The notes beneath the pieces are model-generated. The model saw only the letters and a program-made list of their open reading frames with translations. It was not told the origin of the DNA and searched no databases. From positions 72,642-136,641 of the forward strand of contig CBDFFH010000041.1 in the NCBI GenBank assembly GCA_965246715.1: a stretch of 64,000 nucleotides of DNA. Reading direction: 5' to 3'. Numbering within the stretch: the stretch's first letter is position 1; every line of letters begins with the position of its first letter. The position numbers were made by a program, and so were the translations under genes. Below are positions 9,419 through 18,936 of this stretch, piece by piece. The stretch comes from Chamaesiphon sp. GTDB lineage: Bacteria; Cyanobacteriota; Cyanobacteriia; Cyanobacteriales; Chamaesiphonaceae.

Positions 9419-12400
9419 ATGGCGATTATCATTTCCGAAGTGAATCCTTCCGGTAGTACCAGATCCTATGGAGCTGACTGGTTTGAAGTAACGAATACTG
9501 GCTCCTCCGCAGTAGACATCACTGGCTGGTCGATCGATGATAACTCGCATATTTCCACCGCAGCGGTTCTACTCCGAGGTTTGCTAAGCATCCCCGCTGG
9601 TAAATCGGTGGTGTTTATTGAGAACTCTTCCACCACAGTAACTGATGCAACTGTCCTTACCAACTTCCAGACCGCATGGTTTGGAAATGCAACGACTAGT
9701 GTGCCCACAGGCTTCACCTATGGGTTTTACGGCGGATCTGGGGTCGGACTCAGTGGCTCTGGCGATGAGGTGAATCTCTTCGACGCTAAAGGTGGTTGGG
9801 TTACTGGAATCGGCTTCGGTGTCGCAACTCCTGGTGTAGCACCCGCTGCTGGACAAACCTTCGATAACACGGCTGGGGTTGCCCTTTCTGCACTCGCGGC
9901 AACAAGTCCACTTGTTTCAACCTTGAGCGTCGTGGGCACCAACGGTGCGTTCCTCTCGGCTGATAGTTTGGACATTGGCTCTCCAGGTAAGATTAGTGCG
10001 GCTGTTGTAACTCCTGCTGTAAATCTCTCCGTCAGTAGCAATGCTGGTTCTGAGACAGATAAATCGGTAATTACCGTTACCGCCACCGCTACGAGTGCGG
10101 TTACTACCGTTCAAACAGTTGCCTTAGCTGTAACTGGTACCGGGATTACTGCTGGTGATTATACTTTGAGCAGCCCCACAATTACGATTCCTAGTGGTGC
10201 AACTTCTGGTACTGCTACTTTCACCGTTGTCGACGACACCTTGGTTGAAGGTACTGAGACTGCAATATTGACGATCTCAAGTCCTTCGGCGGGCATCGTA
10301 CTAGGCACTACAACAACTCAAAACCTCATCATTACCGATAATGATGGTGTTATCGTTACCCCCGTAGTAACTCCAGCGGTAAATCTCTCCATAAGTAGCA
10401 ATGCTGGCTCTGAAACAGCTAAATCGGTAATTACCGTTACCGCCACCGCGACGAGTGCGGTGGCTACCGCTCAAACAGTGGCATTGGCTGTAACGGGTAC
10501 CGGGATTACTGCTGGCGACTATACTCTGAGCAGCCCCACAATTACGATTCCTAGTGGCGCAACTTCTGGTACTGCTACTTTCACCGTTGTCGACGACACC
10601 TTGGTTGAAGGTACTGAGACTGCCGTATTCACAATATCGAGTCCTTCTGCGGGCATCGTCTTAGGCACTACAACAGCTCAAAACCTCATCATTACCGATA
10701 ATGATGGTGTTGTCGTTCCTCCCGTAGTAACTCCGCCCAAAAATAATACCTCGATCGACTTATCTACATACGTTCAAGTCGGTCGCTACGATCTGCCCGA
10801 ACCTTCGCATCCAGGTACTGTTACACCTCCTGGCAGTTTGTTGGCACAAGAAGTCTCAGCAGTAACTTATAACTGGGATACCGATACCCTATTTGTTGAA
10901 GGCGACGGCGGTACGTCGATCGTTCAAATCGATAAGCAAGGGAAATTAATCAACTCGATGACCCTAGCTCCCGATCCTGCTAAACCCCAGGGCACCTACT
11001 TCTACGATCCAGAAGGGTTGACCTACGTCGGTGGCGGGAAGTTTGTCTTACAGGAGGAGCGGTATCGGCAGGCGAACTTATTTACCTACGTTCCCAATGC
11101 TACGCTGTACGGTGACAAAACGGTTGATGCAGCAGGCAAAATAATTGCTGGTGGCGGAGTTCAAACTGTCAAACTCGGCACGACGATCGGAAATATCGGA
11201 ACTGAAGGTATCACTTACGATCCATTTTCGAGCGGATTCGTATTAGTTAAAGAAACTGGGCCAGAAGGCATCTTCCAAACCACGATCGATTTTGCTAAAG
11301 GTACCGCATCCAACGGTTCGCCCACTACAGAGAACTCAGTCAACCTGTTCGACCCGACAATTCTCGGTTTGGCGGATCTCGCTGATGTTTATTCTGTCTC
11401 GACGCTGGCTAGCCAGATCGGTAAAGATGATTACGACCACCTGCTAGTACTCAGTCAGGAATCGGGCAAAGTTGTCAACATCGATCGCACTGGCAAGATT
11501 TATAGCACGTTGACGATCGATCCAAAAGCTAATGGACTAACTACCCCGCTGACAAATGCTGCTGTTACTCCAAACGTCGTAGACCAATCCCATGAAGGAA
11601 TCACGATGGATAAAAACGGCTTTTTGTACGTCACTAGTGAAAATGGTGGTGGTGATATCACCCGACCCCAGCTGTGGGTATATGCCCCGACTGGCGCAGT
11701 GACTCCAAATCAAGCTCCCACGGCTGTAACGCTAAATAATCCAGTCAAGACGATCGCTCAAACCACTAGCACCACAACTGCGGTTAAAATAGCTGACATT
11801 GCGATTACCGATGACGGTAAAGGTACTAATAACCTGAGCGTGACTGGTGCTGATGCTAGCGCCTTTGAGATTAGTAGCGGTGCATTGTTCCTCAAAGCCG
11901 GAACCACGCTAAATTCGACAACCAAAGCTAGCTATAGCGCTACGGTCAATGTTGACGACCCAACTGTTGGCACCACCCCAGATGCCAGTACGACTTTTAC
12001 GCTAGGCGTTACCGGAACAGTTGTGAATCCCCCCGCATCCGCCTCGATCGTTATCACCGAGGCATCACCTTGGAGTAGCGGCAATAGTGCTTACGCTGCC
12101 GACTGGTTCGAGCTAACCAATACTGGCACCACCGCAGTGGATATCACTGGTTGGAAGATGGATGATAACTCGAACTCCTTCGGTTCTTCGGTGGCACTCC
12201 GAGGCGTGACGAGCATCGCGGCTGGGAAGTCAGTTATCTTTATTGAAGGTCTAGCCGATGGCTCTACCGACAAGGCGATCGATGCTAAATTCTCGACCAC
12301 CTGGTTCGGCACCGAAACACCACCCGCTGGTGTTGTCATTGGCAATTACGGCGGATCGGGCGTAGGATTGAGTACTGGCGGCGACTCGGTAAATATCTTC

Positions 12401-13570
12401 GACGCGAGCGGTAAACAGATTACTGGCATTAGCTTCGTTGATTCCACTGCCTCTTTCTTGTTTACCTTCGATAACGCGGCTGGTCTCGGTACTAGTACGC
12501 TACCGACTCCGACTGTCTCGACATTGAGCAAAGCTGGAACTAATGGCGGATTCGTCTCGTTCAACGGCTTAGAGACAGGTTCTCCAGGCTCGATCGTAAC
12601 TACTCCGACTCTTAGCATTGCTGCAACTACGCCAACTGCGACCGAAACCGATAGCACCCCAGGTACTTTCCGGATTACGAGCGATGTTAAAGCTACTGCT
12701 GCATTGACCGTCAACTATACCGTGAGCGGAACTGCAACCAATGGTGTTGATTATACTCGACTGCTTGGCACTGCGACGATCGCCACAGGTCAAACCTCTG
12801 TGGATGTTCTCCTCACGCCAGTAGATGATGTGTTGGCTGAAGGTAATGAAACCGTCTCCTTAACCTTAGCGACTGGGACTGGCTACGCTACCAATGCAAC
12901 TAAATCTGCGGCGACAGTCACTGTAATTGACAACGAACCTACTCCTGTTGGTACTACTGGCAATGACAATCTGGTCGCTACTATGGGCGCTAAATTCGAT
13001 GGTCAGAGCAACGTCATCTTCACTGGTGATGGTAACGACATCATCGACTTAGCGATTTCCTCCTTCGCAGGTGGCAACCGCATCGATACTGGCAATGGCA
13101 ACGATACCATCTATGTCAGCACAAATGATGTCATCTTTGGTGGTAATGGCAACGATATCTTCGATGCTACTGGTGGACTCGGCGGCAACCGGATGTCCGG
13201 CGATGCTGGTAACGATACCTTCTACCTCGGTAAAGGCGATCGCGCATTAGGTGGTGCTGGCAATGACAAGTTCTACGTTCAATCTGGTGGCAGTAACCTG
13301 ATCTCTGGTGGTGCAGGCAGTGACCAATTCTGGTTGGTTAATGGCGAATTACCCGATGCCCCAAACACCGTACTTGATTTCCAAATCGGTACAGATGTAA
13401 TTGGCTTCACTGGTGCTGCTAGTCTGGGTATCAATGCCTCAACCATCAAGTTTACTCAAGTAGGTGCGGATACAAACATCGTGTTTGGCACTCAAACCCT
13501 AGCTACCTTGAGCGGAATTCAAGCATCGCAATTGAATGCAGCGAATTTAACTCAATTTGTATTTGCTTAA
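9419..13570 (+). CDS. Large extracellular protein: LTD - 2x Calx-beta - SdiA-regulated/YjiK-like propeller - cadherin-like - LTD - Calx-beta - RTX repeats
   Basis: IISEV..DWFEVTNTG..VDITGW (twice); DDTLVEGTET; EVSAVTYNWDTDTLFV, DPEGLTYVG; C-terminal GG.GND nonapeptides; no Sec signal. Confidence 0.85.
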   Translation: MAIIISEVNPSGSTRSYGADWFEVTNTGSSAVDITGWSIDDNSHISTAAVLLRGLLSIPAGKSVVFIENSSTTVTDATVLTNFQTAWFGNATTSVPTGFTYGFYGGSGVGLSGSGDEVNLFDAKGGWVTGIGFGVATPGVAPAAGQTFDNTAGVALSALAATSPLVSTLSVVGTNGAFLSADSLDIGSPGKISAAVVTPAVNLSVSSNAGSETDKSVITVTATATSAVTTVQTVALAVTGTGITAGDYTLSSPTITIPSGATSGTATFTVVDDTLVEGTETAILTISSPSAGIVLGTTTTQNLIITDNDGVIVTPVVTPAVNLSISSNAGSETAKSVITVTATATSAVATAQTVALAVTGTGITAGDYTLSSPTITIPSGATSGTATFTVVDDTLVEGTETAVFTISSPSAGIVLGTTTAQNLIITDNDGVVVPPVVTPPKNNTSIDLSTYVQVGRYDLPEPSHPGTVTPPGSLLAQEVSAVTYNWDTDTLFVEGDGGTSIVQIDKQGKLINSMTLAPDPAKPQGTYFYDPEGLTYVGGGKFVLQEERYRQANLFTYVPNATLYGDKTVDAAGKIIAGGGVQTVKLGTTIGNIGTEGITYDPFSSGFVLVKETGPEGIFQTTIDFAKGTASNGSPTTENSVNLFDPTILGLADLADVYSVSTLASQIGKDDYDHLLVLSQESGKVVNIDRTGKIYSTLTIDPKANGLTTPLTNAAVTPNVVDQSHEGITMDKNGFLYVTSENGGGDITRPQLWVYAPTGAVTPNQAPTAVTLNNPVKTIAQTTSTTTAVKIADIAITDDGKGTNNLSVTGADASAFEISSGALFLKAGTTLNSTTKASYSATVNVDDPTVGTTPDASTTFTLGVTGTVVNPPASASIVITEASPWSSGNSAYAADWFELTNTGTTAVDITGWKMDDNSNSFGSSVALRGVTSIAAGKSVIFIEGLADGSTDKAIDAKFSTTWFGTETPPAGVVIGNYGGSGVGLSTGGDSVNIFDASGKQITGISFVDSTASFLFTFDNAAGLGTSTLPTPTVSTLSKAGTNGGFVSFNGLETGSPGSIVTTPTLSIAATTPTATETDSTPGTFRITSDVKATAALTVNYTVSGTATNGVDYTRLLGTATIATGQTSVDVLLTPVDDVLAEGNETVSLTLATGTGYATNATKSAATVTVIDNEPTPVGTTGNDNLVATMGAKFDGQSNVIFTGDGNDIIDLAISSFAGGNRIDTGNGNDTIYVSTNDVIFGGNGNDIFDATGGLGGNRMSGDAGNDTFYLGKGDRALGGAGNDKFYVQSGGSNLISGGAGSDQFWLVNGELPDAPNTVLDFQIGTDVIGFTGAASLGINASTIKFTQVGADTNIVFGTQTLATLSGIQASQLNAANLTQFVFA
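10007..10735 (+). repeat. Intragenic 360-bp tandem duplication (Calx-beta unit)
   Basis: 10007-10366 and 10367-10726 nearly identical at DNA level. Confidence 0.92.
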
Positions 13571-13645
13571 ATAGTCATCCATTCAGAGCGCGATGATATT
13601 TTACGGGTAGTAATGCTCGATCTTTATAATCTCGCTCTGCTTTGT

Positions 13646-13686
13646 ATCCAGACTAGACGATCGAGCCTCGATCGTCTAGTCTGGAT
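13646..13686. terminator. Hairpin between convergent genes
   Basis: 20-bp perfect arms atccagactagacgatcgag / ctcgatcgtctagtctggat, followed by Ts. Confidence 0.8.
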
Positions 13687-13699
13687 TTTTCAGCTGATA

Positions 13700-14622
13700 T
13701 TAAGTCTGTGCAACCCTAGCATTTTGTTGGATACTCCACAGCCCAGCATAAATACCCCGTGCGGCAACTAATTCTTCATGAGTACCAGATTCAACTAATT
13801 GCCCTTGCTCCATCACGTAAATCCGATGTGCATTGCGGATCGTCGATAAACGATGGGCGATCGCGATGGTGGTACGATCGCGAGTAATGCGATCGAGCGA
13901 TCTTTGAATGGCAGCCTCAGTCTCATTATCTACTGCCGAAGTTGCCTCATCGAGAATCAAAATTGGTGGATTCTTTAACACCGCTCTAGCAATTGCAATC
14001 CGCTGGCGTTGTCCCCCCGATAAAGTCATCAGCTTCGGCAATTGTAGCCGCAGCGATTACTGCGTTTAAATCTGCATCATAATTCGCATACGCAATATTT
14101 TCCCTTACCGAACCGTGAAATAAGAATACATCTTGACTGACCAAACCGATCGATTTTTGCAAGTCCGCCAGATGTAAATCTCGAATATTTATCCCATCGA
14201 GAGTAATCGCTCCCGATTGAATTTCATAGAGACGGAGTAATAACTTCACTAACGTACTTTTGCCCGAACCCGTCGCGCCGACGATCGCGATCGTTTTACC
14301 AGCAAGTATGAGTAATGATAAATTTTTAACAGTAGTAGTGCGTCCCTGATAAGCAAACGTCACATCTTTTAGTTCGATCTCACCCTGCACCGATGGTAGT
14401 GCCAAATGACCAGAATCGATCGCTACAGGCGTATCGAGGAGATCGAATACCCGATGCGTCGATGCCATCCCGCGTTGATACAGATCTAATGTTTCACCCA
14501 ATCTCGTCAACGGCCATAATAAGCGTTGGGTGAGATAAATGAGGATACTATAAGTACCGACTGCCAATTGTCCGTTTACCGCTGCCAATCCGCCTAATAA
14601 TAGTGTCATTGTAAAACTAAAT
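13700..14622 (-). pseudogene. C-terminal half of ABC exporter, internally deleted and frameshifted
   Basis: LTQRLLWPLTRLGE, Walker [18 protein letters not shown] and ILILDEATS in a second frame; starts at the MITE edge. Confidence 0.88.
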
Positions 14623-14743
14623 GGCTCTCCTGGGTTTGTGGTAGAAAATATATCTTAGGCTACGGTTTTCGGCAGCGATCGGTCTTGAAAGCATTACAGG
14701 ACTTAATACAAGTAACGCTTATCACCAAATACCCAGGAGACCC
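14623..14743. mobile_element. 121-bp MITE with ISL3-like GG(C/G)TCT ends
   Basis: Left GGCTCTCCTGGGTTTGTGG, right (reverse complement) GGGTCTCCTGGGTATTTGG; no matching target duplication. Confidence 0.65.
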
Positions 14744-15215
14744 TAATTCTAGAGCAATTAGTAGTTGTTCTTGATTGAGCTTAGTTGGAGTTTGTTCCAA
14801 CCGAATCTTTGGTTCAACATGACCAAGCTCTGTTTAGAGAAAGAGGAAGAACGAGAACTGATTGAGACTAATCAAATCTTAGTACGTCGTCTAGATAGTC
14901 CCTACGCACTAGCACAAGTAGTAAAAAATGGCGATCGCCATGCCAAGATTTTAGCAGCACACAATCCAAAAACGCCGATATCGACACTAGCTCAACTAGC
15001 GAAAGATTCGGATACAGTTATCCAAAGTTATGTAAGTAACAATCCTAGTTTACCGCCCGATATATTACTCTAACTTATCCGAGATCCGGATGCAAAAGTT
15101 CGGAAGTCGGCAAGCAATAACCCAAATTTACCGTTAGATTCTTTACTCAAACTTACTATAGATCCTAGCGTTGAGGTTCGGATTAATTTGGTTGAATATC
15201 GAGATAAGCGTGAAG
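14744..15215 (+). pseudogene. HEAT/LRV-repeat protein, fragment 2
   Basis: RRLDSPYALAQVVKNGDRHAKILAAHNPKTP...DILL*LIRDPDAKVRKSASNNPNLP; in-frame TAA at 15071. Confidence 0.78.
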
Positions 15216-15360
15216 TTGCCAAAACAATCGATGGCTGATTCCAATGTGCCTTCATCGGTTAACGCTGGGGTCTGGGATAATAAATTTGAGGTAGTCGTCA
15301 TGGCTGTTTTTCTTTTGTCTAGCCAGACTCTACCCTTTTCCTACTCTTTGCGATCTACTG
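15215..15360 (-). mobile_element. ISH3-family IS remnant (left end plus ~28 transposase codons)
   Basis: End CAGTAGATCGCAAAG; ATG 15301 gives MTTTSNLLSQTPALTDEGTLESAIDC, like cyanobacterial ISH3 transposase starts (recalled). Confidence 0.55.
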
Positions 15361-15485
15361 AGTTTATTAACGATCCAGCCTACGCAAAATATCGTCAAGC
15401 TCGTCAGTCTGGTAGTATCAGCAGCCTTCATCTAATCGATGACACTGATTTGGCAGGAACTATCCGTTATTTACCAAAAGGTTAA
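15361..15485 (+). pseudogene. 3' fragment of a DUF1330-like gene
   Basis: FINDPAYAKYRQARQSGS..HLIDDTDLAGTIRYLPKG*, truncated at the IS end. Confidence 0.55.
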
Positions 15486-15719
15486 TATCGCCAATAATTT
15501 AGAAGATGTAGCAACCTTTCTAGGGATTTAGCTCCTTTATGGGGATCGAAAGCATATTCTCAATAGTCTTAGCTTATTGAAAATACAATCGCTACGATCC
15601 AATGGCTTCGTTTTAATTATGTTTCGAGCGCTTGGACTAGCGGAATGTGGGTTTTGAGCAAAGCTACGTCGTCTTGACCAAAACCCACGCTGAGAAGACC
15701 TCAGCGCGATTTTGGTCGC

Positions 15720-16040
15720 AAATTTGGCTTTGCTAATGTCGATGCCGAGTATATCTAACTCTTGGTTTGAACTACTCATCTCTAGTTTCTGTGTGCTAAA
15801 GGGCCACTTCAACCGCAATTAGTGGCGATAAACTATCCTTATAAATGCAGGTTTACCCGATCGACGATCTGGCGACCGCTGATACTGTCGAGTTTTGACT
15901 GGTGCCACTGTTTAAACTCAGGTGATTCGATCTACACTAACGGGCTTGGTGTCCCTAGGGGCAATCCGAATTTCCCTTTGCCTTTTGCTGTTGACGAGCG
16001 ATCGCAGATTTTACTCTTTGACCTTCCGTTCGGATACAAG
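15720..16040 (-). mobile_element. IS110 family (IS621-like) remnant: left end, non-coding region and first ~20 recombinase codons
   Basis: ATG 15779 gives MSSSNQELDILGIDISKAKF (DEDD RuvC-like GID motif); minus-strand junction ATTACCC-CT-TGTAT. Confidence 0.85.
15800..16030 (-). ncRNA. IS110 bridge RNA (ends approximate)
   Basis: Minus-strand guides in the expected order: ATTGCCCCT (15957-15965), GTAG (15932-15935), ACAGTATC (15881-15888), TATAAG (15838-15843). Confidence 0.78.
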
Positions 16041-16064
16041 GGGTAATTCATGAATTGCCCCTAC
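16039..16064. repeat. GTAG-type REP palindrome, cut by the IS110 insertion
   Basis: AGGGGTAATTCATGAATTGCCCCTAC, lacking the leading GT of the intact copy at 57068. Confidence 0.85.
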
Positions 16065-16081
16065 TGAATTGCTCCTTCACC

Positions 16082-16780
16082 TTACAACCCATCATTGTTG
16101 ATAACTCCCAATCGATAGCCCTTACCATAGACAGTCTGAATCAACTCTGGAGCGCCTTTTACTTCGATTTTACGCCGTAGGAGCCGGACGAGTGCAGCGA
16201 GGACATTACTATTCGGCGGCGTAGTTTGACCCCATAAATATGCTTGAAGGCGTTCGTGGGTAACGACTTGTCCAGCATACTGCATCAAATAGCTGAGTAA
16301 TTGGGTTTCTTTATCTGAGAGTTCGATACTGCGACCGTGCAGATAGGCAAGTTGATTGTCCGCATCCAATTCGAGTTCGTCTACTTGCAACTTAGAGTGA
16401 GTTGGATGGGGATCGACATTGTGAACTCGCCGCAGCAGCGCGCGGACTCTCGCTAGTAATTCCCGCAGCTCGAACGGTTTGACTAAATAGTCGTCAGCAC
16501 CTGCATCCAAGCCAAGGACGCGATCGTCGAGTGTATCCTTAGCCGTCAAAAATAAGACAGGGGTGAGATCGCCACGCGATCGCAACTGTTGACAAATTTG
16601 TAACCCGGTCAGGTCTGGCAACATCCAATCCAAAATTAGTAGGTCGTAATCTCCAACACTTACCAAATTAGCTCCAGTGCGACCATCTGCGGCGACATCG
16701 ATGACATAACCTTCCCTAGTTAACAGCCGACTCAATGGTTCGGTCAAAGCAGGTTCGTCATCCACAAGCAAAATTTTCAT
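16082..16780 (-). CDS. OmpR-family response regulator (RppA-like)
   Basis: MKILLVDDE..LILDWMLP..GADDYLVKPF..IQTVYGKGYRL. Confidence 0.9.
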   Translation of the reverse strand: MKILLVDDEPALTEPLSRLLTREGYVIDVAADGRTGANLVSVGDYDLLILDWMLPDLTGLQICQQLRSRGDLTPVLFLTAKDTLDDRVLGLDAGADDYLVKPFELRELLARVRALLRRVHNVDPHPTHSKLQVDELELDADNQLAYLHGRSIELSDKETQLLSYLMQYAGQVVTHERLQAYLWGQTTPPNSNVLAALVRLLRRKIEVKGAPELIQTVYGKGYRLGVINNDGL

Positions 16781-17169
16781 ATCGAGTTTGTGAGACAGAA
16801 ATGAACGATCTGGAGTAGTGCGAGGGTATGATAAGAGCAAATAGACTCAAGATTAGCTATCATCGGGTAGCTCACCTATCTCGCTCCAAAATTAGTTAAT
16901 AATCTTATCTTCAGTGCTGGCTTGGCATCCAGGTATCCAATCTTTGTCGCGTTCTAGCTAAAAATGTTATGGGGCTATAATTGTGAAGCCGGGTGGCATA
17001 ATATTTATTTTATATTGTGTCCGTTCTGTAATTATCATTCCGAACTACTTCGCAATCGATATTCTACTGCCAGAATCGATCGACAGCGCAAATGAATTCG
17101 ACAACTAGCCCTGTCGATCGATTTAGTAAATCCTTTATCGCTCCTTAGTTCGAGGCGTAAATCCAGGTT

Positions 17170-18837
17170 ATGCAACCACCAATTACATTGGGAACACTGC
17201 TACAACAGCGTTACCTCGTGACCAAAGTGTTAGGTCAAGGGGGTTTTGGTCGTACTTATCTATCTCAAGACACAGGATGTTTTGATGAGATGTGCGTGCT
17301 AAAAGAATTTAGTCCCACCGATCGCGGTCGCGACGCAATGAAAAAGTCTAAGGAGCTATTTCAGCGTGAAGCTCAAGTATTGTACCAGATTAACCATCCA
17401 CAGATTCCCAAGTTTCGTGCCAACTTTGAAGAGCAAAAACGGCTGTTTTTGGTGCAAGAATATGCTGAAGGCAAAACAGTAGCCAAAACACTCAGCGAAC
17501 GTCTCAAAAACAGCAAAACTTTTACCGAAGCCGAAGCCGTCAAATTTTTGCAAGATATGCTGCCCGTGCTTACGCATATCCATAATATGGGCATCATCCA
17601 CCGGGATATTTCACCTGATAATATTATTTTTCGCGATCGCGATAAACTCCCAGTACTAATCGACTTTGGTGTGGTCAAAGCTGGCGTGACACAACTAGAA
17701 GTATCCACCCAAATTCATCAAGGAACTACTGTCGGTAAAGCTGGTTATGCTCCTGGCGAGCAACTTCAAACTGGAGAAGCTTATGCCAATAGCGACTTAT
17801 ATGCCTTAGCTGTCACAGTTGTGGTGATGATGACCGGACGTAAGCCGGAAAGTCTGATCGACAAAAGTACGATGACGTGGAAATGGCATCAATGGGTACC
17901 GACGCTCACACCTTGGTTTGCCAAAATCCTCAATAGAATGCTCAGTCGGGTGCCCAATAGCCGCTATCAATCCGCCAACGAAGTCGCGCAAGCTTTGCGA
18001 TCGGTATCGGACTTCATTGGCACATCAGGCACAGACCCAGATACACAGCCGACCGATCTCAGTCAAGTTCGCGAAGCATCCCGTCAACAACCCAGCTCCG
18101 AGCCGCCAACATCAACGAACTCGCGATCGTCAGTACCGCTGTCGCGCGGCAAACGGACGACTGGAGTTAAGTCCAATGCCAAGGTTAATAAGTCCTCGCA
18201 CCAAAATCCCCTTCGTGGTATTCTCAATTCTCCGTGGGGAATTGCGCTAGGTTCGGCAGCAGCATTTATGGTCGTCATCGTGCCATTATTCTTTGCCATC
18301 AAATCGATGATGCCATCAAATACAGGCAATAAAACTTCTGATGTAATCGCCACTCCAACTGTTGTACCAGCGGTCTCGAACGCTCCTGTCAGTCAGACCC
18401 CAGAAGTCACAACTCCCACACCATCGCCTGTAGCGACAACCCCTGCAACAACAGCAGTGGCTGAAAACTTAGTAGTTGAAGTCGGTAAATCTAGCATCAA
18501 AGAAGGTCTGCTCGACCCAACCCGCCCGACCGTAATTAGTATCGGGAATTTGGTTGCTGGGCAAAAACTCAAAGCTAGCTTAATCGTCAACCCACCTGGG
18601 GCAACAATGAATATCATGGCCCCAAACCAGGCAAATGTGGATGTCTATGCCAAAAATAGCGTTAACTGGGAAGGGATGTTGCCGCTAGCTGGTGACTATC
18701 GGATCGAGATCGTCTCGTCGCCAGGAGTTACCCCAGCTAACTACAAATTGGAAGTTAGTATCACAACTGCTGTTGGTACTGCCGCGCCGACTCCGACTCC
18801 AGCAGCTACTCCACTCGGTACGCCAGCCGTCAGGTAA
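17170..18837 (+). CDS. Membrane Ser/Thr protein kinase
   Basis: LGQGGFGRTY, IHRDISPDN, LIDFG; transmembrane helix; Pro/Thr linker; C-terminal beta domain. Confidence 0.92.
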   Translation: MQPPITLGTLLQQRYLVTKVLGQGGFGRTYLSQDTGCFDEMCVLKEFSPTDRGRDAMKKSKELFQREAQVLYQINHPQIPKFRANFEEQKRLFLVQEYAEGKTVAKTLSERLKNSKTFTEAEAVKFLQDMLPVLTHIHNMGIIHRDISPDNIIFRDRDKLPVLIDFGVVKAGVTQLEVSTQIHQGTTVGKAGYAPGEQLQTGEAYANSDLYALAVTVVVMMTGRKPESLIDKSTMTWKWHQWVPTLTPWFAKILNRMLSRVPNSRYQSANEVAQALRSVSDFIGTSGTDPDTQPTDLSQVREASRQQPSSEPPTSTNSRSSVPLSRGKRTTGVKSNAKVNKSSHQNPLRGILNSPWGIALGSAAAFMVVIVPLFFAIKSMMPSNTGNKTSDVIATPTVVPAVSNAPVSQTPEVTTPTPSPVATTPATTAVAENLVVEVGKSSIKEGLLDPTRPTVISIGNLVAGQKLKASLIVNPPGATMNIMAPNQANVDVYAKNSVNWEGMLPLAGDYRIEIVSSPGVTPANYKLEVSITTAVGTAAPTPTPAATPLGTPAVR

Positions 18838-18936
18838 TTTTGTGCTAATTACATAATTGAGATCTTCTACCCTCAGTGCAGGTTCCGCCACCAAGTAAAA
18901 TCTAGAGATACCTGCCGATCGATTTAACCGTAAATT

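Noticed and set aside
13700..14622. Type I secretion ATPase for the adjacent RTX protein
   Set aside because: Broken, MsbA-like, and no HlyD or TolC partner nearby
15171..15485. 104-aa ORF as one gene
   Set aside because: Joins antisense ISH3 sequence to a DUF1330-like tail
15537..15818. 93-aa ORF as a functional IS110 recombinase
   Set aside because: Only ~20 residues are recombinase-like; remaining catalytic residues and the C-terminal domain are absent
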